From contig JAGLOP010000008.1 in the NCBI GenBank assembly GCA_023138835.1, positions 1,149-65,148 on the forward strand: a stretch of 64,000 nucleotides of DNA. The letters run 5' to 3'. Below the pieces are notes generated by a model, which made no database searches, was not told where the DNA came from, and was given only the letters and a program-made list of their open reading frames with translations. Below are positions 9,072-16,814 of this stretch, piece after piece. The position numbers were made by a program, and so were the translations under genes. Position 1 is the stretch's first letter; each line of letters opens with the position of its first letter. Source of the DNA: Arcobacteraceae bacterium. GTDB lineage: Bacteria > Campylobacterota > Campylobacteria > Campylobacterales > Arcobacteraceae.

Positions 9072-10214
9072 CTATATTTTTACAATATATCTAATATTTC
9101 TACCCTTACTACCTTCAATTTGTTTAATACATTTTTTTTCTAATAATTCTACTATATCTCTTGATGCAGTAGCAGGAGTTGTATCAGCTATTTTAATATA
9201 TTTTTTTTTACTAAGTCCACCATCAAAGTTTTCACTACCCATATCTAAAATCTTATTTATAACTTTTGTTTGTCTTGCATTTAAATTATCATCTTGATGT
9301 TTATCCCAAAACTTTGTCTTATCTACAATATAGTTTAATGACTTGTGAGCTTCAATAAGTGATATATAAAGAGTATTAAAAAACCATTCACACCAAATAG
9401 TTATATCTAATGGGTTATCTTTTTTTATATAGCCTGTAGTTTGTTCTAAAGCATTATAATAACCTTTTCTATCATCATTGATACTTTGTGACATAGTATA
9501 TAGTTTAGATACTTTTGAGTTTTCTATTTGAGACAATACCATATCAGTTATTGCTCTGGTAATTCTTCCATTACCATCATCAAGTGGATGAATAATTACA
9601 AACCATAAATGAGTAATAGCTGCTTTTAGAAGAGTAGCTGGAGTTTCATTGTACCAATTTATAAAATTATCCATCTCACTTTCTAATATCTCTCTTGGTG
9701 GTGCTTCATAGTAAACTTTTTCTTTCTTCATACTACTTGATACTATTTGCATCTCACCTTCATCTCTAAATGTAGCTACATTTATTTTACTAAAGTTGCT
9801 ATATCCTTTTTCAAACATTGCATGATGCCAACCAAATATTTTTTTTAGAGATAAACCCTCTTCATAATTTGTATTAGAATCTATTAATATATCTACATAG
9901 TTATCTTCTTTTATTTTGTTTTGATAGTTAGTATCTGATTCAAGTCCTAGTTTCTTCTTTATAGAAGATCTCACACTATCTCTATTTAGTATTTCACCTT
10001 CAATAGCACAACTTGAAATAATCTCATTTTCCATTGCTCTAAGTTGAGTTTGTTTAATATTATGATTATCCATTACACTTAGGAAGGCTATTAGTTTTCC
10101 TTGCTCTAAAGTAATCTTTTGAATAAGAGGATCTAGTACTTCTCTATCATAAGTAAAATTTGGATACTCATTATATTGCCATATCCATTGTTGTTTTATT
10201 GTATTATTTTTCAT
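9072..10214 (-). CDS. Fic-domain protein (AMPylase family) with C-terminal winged-helix-like tail
   Basis: Catalytic motif HPLDDGNGRITR matches HxFx(D/E)GNGRxxR. N-terminal SCAIEG fits the auto-inhibitory (S/T)xxxE(G/N) helix. Confidence 0.9.
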   Translation of the reverse strand: MKNNTIKQQWIWQYNEYPNFTYDREVLDPLIQKITLEQGKLIAFLSVMDNHNIKQTQLRAMENEIISSCAIEGEILNRDSVRSSIKKKLGLESDTNYQNKIKEDNYVDILIDSNTNYEEGLSLKKIFGWHHAMFEKGYSNFSKINVATFRDEGEMQIVSSSMKKEKVYYEAPPREILESEMDNFINWYNETPATLLKAAITHLWFVIIHPLDDGNGRITRAITDMVLSQIENSKVSKLYTMSQSINDDRKGYYNALEQTTGYIKKDNPLDITIWCEWFFNTLYISLIEAHKSLNYIVDKTKFWDKHQDDNLNARQTKVINKILDMGSENFDGGLSKKKYIKIADTTPATASRDIVELLEKKCIKQIEGSKGRNIRYIVKI

Positions 10215-10382
10215 ATGATGCTATTTTAACTAATATGATACGAATAGTCAAGTTAATCATCTCATAAATGATATGATTATATATCTTAATAGTCTTATTT
10301 GTTAAAAATTGCAGTTTAGAAAAGTGGTACAAAAAGTATAAAATGGCACAATAATTTTTTTGTTTGTCTAAAGTGATTGAAG

Positions 10383-10478
10383 TGGCGGATGAGGAGAGAT
10401 TTGAAATCTTTAATTTAAATCATAATCCTTTTAACTAAGGGAGATAGAAACTAACTAATTCGCTCACAACCGACTCAT
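10383..10478 (-). pseudogene. decayed tRNA-Ser-like remnant
   Basis: The 23-nt core has one mismatch (C to T), matched by a T in the 5' acceptor-like ..CGACTCATAA. The body aligns roughly 60% with the remnant in islet A. Confidence 0.5.
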
Positions 10479-10483
10479 AACAT

Positions 10484-10511
10484 AAAATGTAGGACAATTG
10501 TCCTACATTTT
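10484..10511. terminator. bidirectional intrinsic terminator downstream of hipA-like gene
   Basis: AAAATGTAGGAC-AATT-GTCCTACATTTT is a perfect 12-bp palindromic stem including A4/T4 flanks. Confidence 0.7.
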
Positions 10512-10549
10512 AATAGTTTTACTTACGGAATTATATAATCAAATAAATA

Positions 10550-12148
10550 TTACATCCAACAAAGAAGTTTTAATTCTTCAACTCTTTTGTTATGAAACTT
10601 TTCTAAAACATCCGCAAATTCAATTGGCTCTTTTGCGGCTTTCCATTCTGGTATTCCTCCAACTTTTTGCATTAATTTCATTTTATAAAAAGGAATATGT
10701 CCTAATTCTCTAATTTCATTTATATATTCAGGTAATATATTTGCATACTTTAGTGCAATATCATTGGCAACTTTTTTAAAATCTAAATGTTTAATATTCA
10801 ATATTTCACATAATCCCTTAAAATCATTTGGTCTTATGTTTTTTTGCTTACCATTAATTTTAAGATGTGAATCATATTTTTTAGTAGTACTATAAAAACC
10901 TGTACAAGCTACATCATATAATGGAGAAAATAATACTTTCTTTTTATCAAATATCAAACTAAGATTTTTTGTATGCATATCTTCATGTTGTATAATAACA
11001 CTATACGCATAGTGTTTTAACAATTCCATTCTCTCTGTTGGAGATATAAGTTCTTTTGCAATTCTTCTAAATAATTTTTCACTAGTTGTATCATACTTTT
11101 TTTCACTTCTTAGTCCCATATAGACAGCAAATGTGGCTTTTGCATACCTATGTACTTTATAGCGATCAAATCTTTTTATTAAATAGTGAAATTCTTGCTC
11201 ATCTGTTTTAATAATTGCAGTATAAGGAACTCTAAATCCAAGTTCATTTTTTGCAAATGACATAAATAAATGTTCATTTAATGATATGTGAGGAAAATAA
11301 GTCTCAAGGTCTTTATTAGATTTTAATTTGCTATAAGGCTTTAGAATATAATTATGAGACTCATCTTCTTTGGAGTATATTACTTTTTCATCAAAATCTA
11401 TATTAACAAGTTTTTTATATTGAAATCCAGATATTCCATCAGTTTGCTTTAGTGATAACTTTGTTAAATCGTGCCCTTCTGGAAATAGATTAATTTCATC
11501 TATATCTATTTTAAAATCATTTAAAATATTTATTCTAGGATTACTTCCTAGCATATCATCAAGAACATTTAAATATGATGGTGCTTTTGATAATTCTTCA
11601 TATGATATATCATCTAATGTTTTAGAAAAATACAAATCACCTATATTATCCTTTAATGTTGTTAGTATAGTAAATTCATCTGCTGTTTGAGAATTAACCT
11701 CTAGAATCTCTCTATTAATTCCTTCAGGAATATTTTCTTCAAAAACCGCAGGTAATTCTTCAAATTTATAAGGTTCTATTAAAATGTCTAATGATGCAAT
11801 ATTTGGAAGTAAATCTACTATATATTGATTAAGGTAATAAAATTCAAATACTTCATCAAGTCTAAATATTATACCAGCAACATTGTTGCCTTTATGTACA
11901 TAGATAAAATCAAATCTTCTATAAAATCTTTCAACATTTTCTACTCTATATTTAGTAGCTGATGCAGCTCCTTCTTGTATAGCTCTTTTATTATCCACTA
12001 GTTCTTTAAGTATTCTTTGTAATTTTCTCGTAAAAGTTCTATTCTTTTTTAAAATATTAATTATTTTACTTAAGTTTAAATATTCTTTTGAGTTTAAAAG
12101 AATATCTAAAACATCTATAGTATCCCTATTTATCTTTATCTTTTTCAT
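10550..12148 (-). CDS. HipA-family Ser/Thr kinase toxin homologue with N-terminal winged-helix/HTH extension
   Basis: HipA catalytic loop QHEDMHTKNLSLIF (D-x-H-x-K-N), 532 aa. The first ~95 aa are an extra basic, helical domain. Confidence 0.85.
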   Translation of the reverse strand: MKKIKINRDTIDVLDILLNSKEYLNLSKIINILKKNRTFTRKLQRILKELVDNKRAIQEGAASATKYRVENVERFYRRFDFIYVHKGNNVAGIIFRLDEVFEFYYLNQYIVDLLPNIASLDILIEPYKFEELPAVFEENIPEGINREILEVNSQTADEFTILTTLKDNIGDLYFSKTLDDISYEELSKAPSYLNVLDDMLGSNPRINILNDFKIDIDEINLFPEGHDLTKLSLKQTDGISGFQYKKLVNIDFDEKVIYSKEDESHNYILKPYSKLKSNKDLETYFPHISLNEHLFMSFAKNELGFRVPYTAIIKTDEQEFHYLIKRFDRYKVHRYAKATFAVYMGLRSEKKYDTTSEKLFRRIAKELISPTERMELLKHYAYSVIIQHEDMHTKNLSLIFDKKKVLFSPLYDVACTGFYSTTKKYDSHLKINGKQKNIRPNDFKGLCEILNIKHLDFKKVANDIALKYANILPEYINEIRELGHIPFYKMKLMQKVGGIPEWKAAKEPIEFADVLEKFHNKRVEELKLLCWM

Positions 12149-12186
12149 TTAAGCTTATCCCGCCATACTTTTATTTTAATTTAAGT

Positions 12187-12197
12187 ATTATATCATA
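12187..12197 (-). promoter_or_regulatory. extended -10 promoter (TGaTATAAT) for the hipA-like gene
   Basis: The minus strand reads TATGATATAAT about 40 nt upstream of ATG 12148. Confidence 0.4.
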
Positions 12198-12410
12198 ATT
12201 TACTTATTTTAGCTACTTTTATTAAAATATTCTTAGCGATTGTCGTGATATGCTTAATTAAGTCAGGTTTTACAATTAATTATTCAGTTTTTCAGGGGTA
12301 CGGATAAAAATTATTCTCGGTACTCGTAGAAAAACCCGTTTTAACTCATAGGTTGGGTATTTGATTGATTTTCAATGTGTTATAAAGGTAGTGTTTATAG
12401 GGGTTATTAG

Positions 12411-12437
12411 TGGCGGACGAGGAGAGATTTGAACTCT
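12411..12437 (-). repeat. attL core (displaced 3' end of tRNA-Ser)
   Basis: TGGCGGACGAGGAGAGATTTGAACTCT is identical to 49565-49591. Confidence 0.9.
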
Positions 12438-12575
12438 TTGGCACTCATACACCTGATAATCGAATAAACACCAGTAAAATCGGGCTTTGTCTCTTATCTA
12501 TTAAGCGGATTTTAATACACAAATGCTTACATCTACCTAAAATCTTGTCAAGCCGACAAAATGGCGGTAAAAACC

Positions 12576-12634
12576 AACTGCACAAAAAACTGCACAAAAT
12601 CATAAACACTAAAAAACTGCACAAATACTGCACA
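12576..12634 (+). promoter_or_regulatory. four direct AACTGCACA/TACTGCACA repeats: candidate integrase arm-type sites
   Basis: Copies at 12576, 12588, 12615 and 12626. Two more in the same orientation at 49465 and 49476 on the other side of the core. Confidence 0.5.
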
Positions 12635-12682
12635 CTTTTTTACAACAATATCATCATCATATTTTTAACACCCGTCTTAACC

Positions 12683-12940
12683 TTTGTCTTAATGTCTCAT
12701 ATACTTTCAAGACACAGAAACAGCCATTTTTAAAGGGTGTATAGTTCTTTGTCTTAGTGTCTCAATACATTGTGTTAGTAATTAATATTCTAAATCTTGC
12801 TTTTTTTATTCTTAGCTTTTTACTTTTAGTTTATTAAAAATCAATAAGACATTAAGACAAACAAATAAAGAGAGTAGTAAAAATCGGGCTTTTCAGTATC
12901 TCAAAAGTGAACTAAAAAAATAAGACATAGATTGAGACAA
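12683..12940. repeat. bipartite GTCTTA-N-GTCTCA repeats, two direct plus two inverted
   Basis: TTTGTCTTAATGTCTCA 12683-12699 and TTTGTCTTAGTGTCTCA 12748-12764. Inverted: TAAGACATTAAGACAAA 12845-12861 and TAAGACATAGATTGAGACAA 12921-12940. Confidence 0.6.
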
Positions 12941-12948
12941 TCAAAAAA

Positions 12949-12962
12949 GTGAGACAAAAAAG
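12949..12962 (+). promoter_or_regulatory. 14-mer GTGAGACAAAAAAG (phage operon-head motif, copy a)
   Basis: 24 nt upstream of ATG 12987. See also copies at 18153, 29984, 40296 and 41937. Confidence 0.5.
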
Positions 12963-12986
12963 ATAAAAAAAAATATAGGATAGATT

Positions 12987-13250
12987 ATGGACAATATAGA
13001 AATACATACAATAGATTACGGGATAGTCAAATCTAAAGATCCATCAAAACATGGACAGACAATAGGACTAAAAACTAGACTTATAATCACACCTCCAACT
13101 GGAGCAAAAAAGATACTAGATTTTGATTATCAAGTGGAAGCTATCAAATATATTAAAGAGACTTATGGAAATAGTACCAATATTGGTAAAACATATCACA
13201 TACTTAGTAATTATAAATTGTATGGGGAAAAAGGCTATCAATGGAAATGA
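12987..13250 (+). CDS. hypothetical phage protein
   Basis: 87-aa ORF with AGGA 7 nt before the ATG. First gene of the terminase operon. Confidence 0.55.
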   Translation: MDNIEIHTIDYGIVKSKDPSKHGQTIGLKTRLIITPPTGAKKILDFDYQVEAIKYIKETYGNSTNIGKTYHILSNYKLYGEKGYQWK

Positions 13251-13771
13251 CACCACCACAAGCTAGAGCATTAGAAATATATTGTGAGAGTGCAACTATT
13301 GAGAATGAATACAAACCAGCTACTTTTAAAGAGATTGAAGAAAAACTAAAAGAAGAGCAAATGCAGGGTTCAAATTCTGCAATACAAAGATGGTCAAAAA
13401 AATTTAACTTTGAGGGTATTCTACAAGCTCAAATACAAATAGTAGTTATTAATGATGAAGATAAAACAACAGAACATAAAGCTTTAGATGTAGTAGTTAA
13501 AAAAAAGTTAGATGCACTACAAGTAAATAATGAATTAACAGATGATTGTTATGAAATTATGGGATTATTTGTTAAGCAAGTAGTAAATAACTATGATAAC
13601 ACTAATATTATAAAAAGAGATGATATTAAAATCATTAAAGATATAGCTACATTTACTGGTGGGCGTGAAGATAAACTACTTGATAGAATTGCTGAAAGTG
13701 GTGGAGATAAAATGACAAGTGAACAACAAATGGAAGAATTCAATGATATTGTCTTGGATATAGAAGAATAG
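13241..13771 (+). CDS. putative terminase small subunit
   Basis: Assigned by position only. It overlaps the large terminase start (TAGTG). 176 aa with an acidic C-terminus. Confidence 0.45.
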   Translation: MEMTPPQARALEIYCESATIENEYKPATFKEIEEKLKEEQMQGSNSAIQRWSKKFNFEGILQAQIQIVVINDEDKTTEHKALDVVVKKKLDALQVNNELTDDCYEIMGLFVKQVVNNYDNTNIIKRDDIKIIKDIATFTGGREDKLLDRIAESGGDKMTSEQQMEEFNDIVLDIEE

Positions 13772-15363
13772 TGTCAGCCACACCAACTTTAAAATTAAAA
13801 ACTGCAAAACATATAGCACCTGAAATATTTACAAATCAAACACCAAAATTACATATAGGATTATTAAATTTTTTGGCGAGTCCTGATAAGTATAAAGTTG
13901 CTGCAATTTTCAGAGGTGCAGGTAAAACAACAGTTGTAACAAAAGTGGATACTTTCTCTTCTATATGGCATGAGCATGAACCTTATCATCAAATATTTTC
14001 AGTAAATGAAAAAAAAGCTAAAAAGTTTTTAAAAGATGTAAAAACTATGATACGAAATGCTATTCGTAAAGGTTATGATATTCAGATTAAAAAGTTTAGA
14101 GGAAAAACAAGAGCAGATGATAAAGACCTTGTTTGGAATGATACTGAAATAGAAGTTGTTGTTGATGGTAAGTTCTTTTGTTATGTTGAAGCATTAGGAG
14201 CTGGTCAAGACCCAAGAGGGGGGTCATTTAATTTTATGAGACCTACATTACAAACATTTGATGATATTGAAAGTAAAAGAGGTCAATACGCAATAACCAG
14301 CAAATCTAATAGAGAAAAATTACTAGAATGGTTTGAGGGAGATTGTTTACCAGCACTAGACCCTATATTTGGTAGAGTTAGATTTATTGGGACAATACTA
14401 CACGAAGATTCATTATTAAGTAATATTTTAAAAGATGATGAGTGGGTGCAATTCATACAACCAATTATTAAAGATGATGGTACAAGTGCATGGAAAGATA
14501 GATTTCCACTCACGGATGAAGATGCCATAAAGAAAAAAGAAGAAATATTCAAAGCTACTGGTAAAGTTGCAAAGATTAGATCCATACAAGCTATAAAAAG
14601 AGGACTTTATAAAAAAGGTCTTCATAATCTATTTTATCAAGAATATTTATGTTTACCTCAAGCTGAAGAAAAGAAACTCTTTAAAAAAGAAATGTTTAAA
14701 TATTATTCTCACATTGAATATGATGACAAGGTAAGCTATTTTAAACTAACTAATGCCTTAGAGCATCAAGAAGTTCCAATTAGAAAACCCAAAAATATAG
14801 TATTAAATGATGGTAAAAAAATAGCTATTGATAATACTATTGTATATAGTACAATGGATTTAGCTACAAAAGATGGTAAAGATAAAACTGTAATTATTAC
14901 TTGTGGATATGACAGTAACAATAATATGTATGTACTGGATATTTCCTATGGAGACTGGACACCATTTGATAAAAGTGTAAATGCAATTAAAGTATATAAA
15001 GAGTTCAAGCCCTTAAAGTTTGGTATTGAAAAGGCTGGTATGCAAAATGACTATTTTTATACTATAGATGAAGCACAAAAAGCAAGTGGTGTTAAGATAC
15101 CAGTTAAAGAATTATCACATGGTGGAATTGCTAAAAATATTAGAATAAAAAATATTCATCCATTATTTATGGTAGGAAAAGTGTTTTTTAATGAGAGTGA
15201 TCCAGCAACATCTATATTAGAAGCACAATTTAATGCTTTTGACCCTGAAGTAGAAGGAAGCAATGATGATTTAATTGATACCTTAGCCTATCAACACCAG
15301 TTTATCAAAGGTAGAACATTTGAAAATGAAGAATATGAAGAAGAAGAGGAGAGTTCATGGTAA
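13771..15363 (+). CDS. terminase large subunit
   Basis: Walker A AAIFRGAGKTTV, Walker B-like LQTFDDIE, GTILHEDS. Nuclease half has MDLATKDGKDKTVI and NDDLIDTLAY. GTG start. Confidence 0.9.
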   Translation: MSATPTLKLKTAKHIAPEIFTNQTPKLHIGLLNFLASPDKYKVAAIFRGAGKTTVVTKVDTFSSIWHEHEPYHQIFSVNEKKAKKFLKDVKTMIRNAIRKGYDIQIKKFRGKTRADDKDLVWNDTEIEVVVDGKFFCYVEALGAGQDPRGGSFNFMRPTLQTFDDIESKRGQYAITSKSNREKLLEWFEGDCLPALDPIFGRVRFIGTILHEDSLLSNILKDDEWVQFIQPIIKDDGTSAWKDRFPLTDEDAIKKKEEIFKATGKVAKIRSIQAIKRGLYKKGLHNLFYQEYLCLPQAEEKKLFKKEMFKYYSHIEYDDKVSYFKLTNALEHQEVPIRKPKNIVLNDGKKIAIDNTIVYSTMDLATKDGKDKTVIITCGYDSNNNMYVLDISYGDWTPFDKSVNAIKVYKEFKPLKFGIEKAGMQNDYFYTIDEAQKASGVKIPVKELSHGGIAKNIRIKNIHPLFMVGKVFFNESDPATSILEAQFNAFDPEVEGSNDDLIDTLAYQHQFIKGRTFENEEYEEEEESSW

Positions 15364-15386
15364 CAATAATTATAAAGTGTTTTTAT

Positions 15387-15418
15387 AAAAAAAACCCCAG
15401 CTAGACTACAAGCTGAGG
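15387..15418 (-). terminator. intrinsic terminator (minus strand)
   Basis: The minus strand reads CCTCAGCT-TGTAGTCT-AGCTGGGG followed by T8. This is an 8-bp stem with one G-U pair. There is no U-tract on the plus strand. Confidence 0.7.
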
Positions 15419-15460
15419 AACAAATAAAGTAGTGTTTTGTATTAACAGATAGCATACTCG

Positions 15461-15553
15461 CTACTTCTTATCTTTCCATTCTCTTAACATAGACAGAATA
15501 TGCCAAGATGCAGGTCCAACAATAGCGATAACTATAGCTTCTCCAATTCCCAT
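15461..15553 (-). CDS. 30-aa hydrophobic peptide (MGIGEAIVIAIVGPASWHILSMLREWKDKK), not in ORF track
   Basis: AAAGGA 5 nt before the ATG. One predicted TM helix plus a basic tail. The dedicated terminator 15387-15418 follows. Confidence 0.45.
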   Translation of the reverse strand: MGIGEAIVIAIVGPASWHILSMLREWKDKK

Positions 15554-15628
15554 AAGGATCCTTTCATAATAAGTCCACCCCATTACCCAGCCTTACTGGT
15601 TGAGAAACCCAAAAAGCTACAACAATAA

Positions 15629-15661
15629 AAAAAGCCCAAACCAGCAAAGGTCTAGGCTTTT
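15629..15661 (-). terminator. possible intrinsic terminator (minus strand)
   Basis: The minus strand reads AGCCTA..(14 nt)..TTGGGCT followed by T7. The stem is imperfect. Confidence 0.35.
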
Positions 15662-15807
15662 CCTATTCTCATTATGAAAGATACATTGGTATCCGCTTTT
15701 CTATCTGTTTTTGTTTTAAGTCTCTTTCACTACAAAAAGACTACACTAGTTTTTTAGCTAACGACTAATTAGAATACTTTCGGAGTAATTCGTATATACA
15801 ATATACC

Positions 15808-15863
15808 TATAGTAAACTTAAAGTTTAGTTATAGTTTAGTTATAGTTTACTTATAGTATTACT
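15808..15863 (+). repeat. five helically phased 11-bp tandem repeats (TATAGTTTAGT family)
   Basis: TATAGTAAACT TAAAGTTTAGT TATAGTTTAGT TATAGTTTACT TATAGTATTACT. Confidence 0.8.
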
Positions 15864-16017
15864 AATGGTTACATTATAATTGGATATTAGTAATAAGCAA
15901 AAGCTTTCTTAGAAGAGCGAAAACAACAAAGTAATAAAATTCCATTACCTGATATTAAAGCTATAAGCACGAAGACTTGTAGGACTTAACGGATAAAATT
16001 AAGATTTTTTTATTTTA

Positions 16018-16044
16018 TTGAGACAAAGATTTTCACTGGGGAAA
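16018..16044 (+). promoter_or_regulatory. orphan copy of both phage motifs (TTGAGACAAAGAT plus TTTCACTGGGGAAA) with no ORF behind
   Basis: A degenerate 14-mer sits directly next to the 14-nt core of the 21-mer. The terminator at 16115-16141 lies ~70 nt downstream. Confidence 0.45.
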
Positions 16045-16114
16045 TTTATATTTTATTTTTTTTAAATTTTTTATATAAAATTGTACATCATCATAGTATA
16101 TACTAAGACTTCAA

Positions 16115-16141
16115 TGGGGTACATACCCCACCCTTTTTTTT
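16115..16141 (+). terminator. intrinsic terminator (plus strand)
   Basis: TGGGGTA-CA-TACCCCA, then CCC and T8. Confidence 0.7.
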
Positions 16142-16559
16142 CTGATGATGTTTAAAAAAGCAGTTCCTAAAAAAGAAAACTTAAGCCAAAAAGCACCAAA
16201 AACACCTTTTAACCTTAAAGTAGTAGCATTTCTTAAACAAATAGCCTTTAAAATTAATCTAAAGTGGTTAATTCTATATACTTTTAACTACTTTAGACCA
16301 TTTTTATCTAATTATCGCAGTATTTCAACTATTTATCACTTTCAATCAATTTGTCTTAAAATCTTAGTGGGATGGGATAAAAATCTGAAATATCCCATCA
16401 TCTCAACCCATACCGTAGCTTAACTCACTATTTGTTTTTTTAAAAATGTTTTCGTGCTTAGGGCTTGTAGTAGTAAGTAAGATAAAGGTTAGAAAATCGC
16501 CCCTTGGTGATGATAGTGATAATTTGCTGAAGCAAATTAAGATTGTCCCAGTTATGGTG

Positions 16560-16685
16560 TTAAGGTTTGATTATTAGAAGTATATCGTTGCATTTAACAC
16601 CTAAGATGATAGTTGCGAGTAAAAAGCCTGTAATGAAAACTAAGAAGTATTTTAGTGGTTGAGATAATCTGATCAAAAAGTTCAT
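16560..16685 (-). CDS. 41-aa hydrophobic peptide, not in ORF track
   Basis: The ATG immediately follows the stop of the preceding small ORF (TAGATG). Sequence MNFLIRLSQPLKYFLVFITGFLLATIILGVKCNDILLIIKP. Confidence 0.3.
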   Translation of the reverse strand: MNFLIRLSQPLKYFLVFITGFLLATIILGVKCNDILLIIKP

Positions 16686-16814
16686 CTATCTTTTTATATT
16701 CATATAGGCATTATTAATATTTTTAAGAACTTTTACATATTCATTGTTAGCAGTACATCCATTGAAAAGAAATAATATAAAAATTAATAGTATCTTTTTA
16801 TTTATCCACTTCAA
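16686..16814 (-). CDS. 42-aa putative lipoprotein, not in ORF track
   Basis: TTG start 9 nt after GGAG. MKWINKKILLIFILFLFNGC is a signal peptide with Cys. It overlaps the 3' end of 16798-17217. Confidence 0.35.
   Translation of the reverse strand: MKWINKKILLIFILFLFNGCTANNEYVKVLKNINNAYMNIKR

Larger units (their letters stand above)
8903..10382 (-). mobile_element. islet A: integrase-less 1.5-kb insert bounded by copies of the tRNA-Ser 3' end, carrying fic
   Basis: Bounded by TGGCGGACGAGGAGAGATTTGAA at 8903-8925 and TGGCGGATGAGGAGAGATTTGAA at 10383-10405. Confidence 0.6.
10383..12410 (-). mobile_element. islet B: integrase-less 2.0-kb insert bounded by tRNA-Ser 3'-end copies, carrying an HTH-HipA kinase
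   Basis: Bounded by cores at 10383-10405 and 12411-12437. Same internal layout as islet A. Confidence 0.6.

Noticed and set aside
12576-12634. Possible CRISPR array (short direct repeats)
   Set aside because: The repeats are only 9 nt long with irregular spacers of about 2-18 nt. No cas genes are present. They are better explained as recombinase arm sites.
12410-12733. Track ORFs 12410-12733 (+) and 12445-12633 (-)
   Set aside because: They run across the att core and the arm-type repeat array. They start inside the tRNA fragment, have no SD and encode low-complexity peptides. They are artefacts of the repeat region.
16145-16423. 92-aa ORF in the ORF-poor prophage segment
   Set aside because: It starts immediately after a terminator U-tract with no SD, and the peptide is compositionally non-protein-like. 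Treated as non-coding, although it cannot be excluded.
15364-16559. Retron or group II intron in the ORF-poor segment
   Set aside because: No RT ORF and no recognisable intron domain V-like hairpin. Only generic hairpins are seen.
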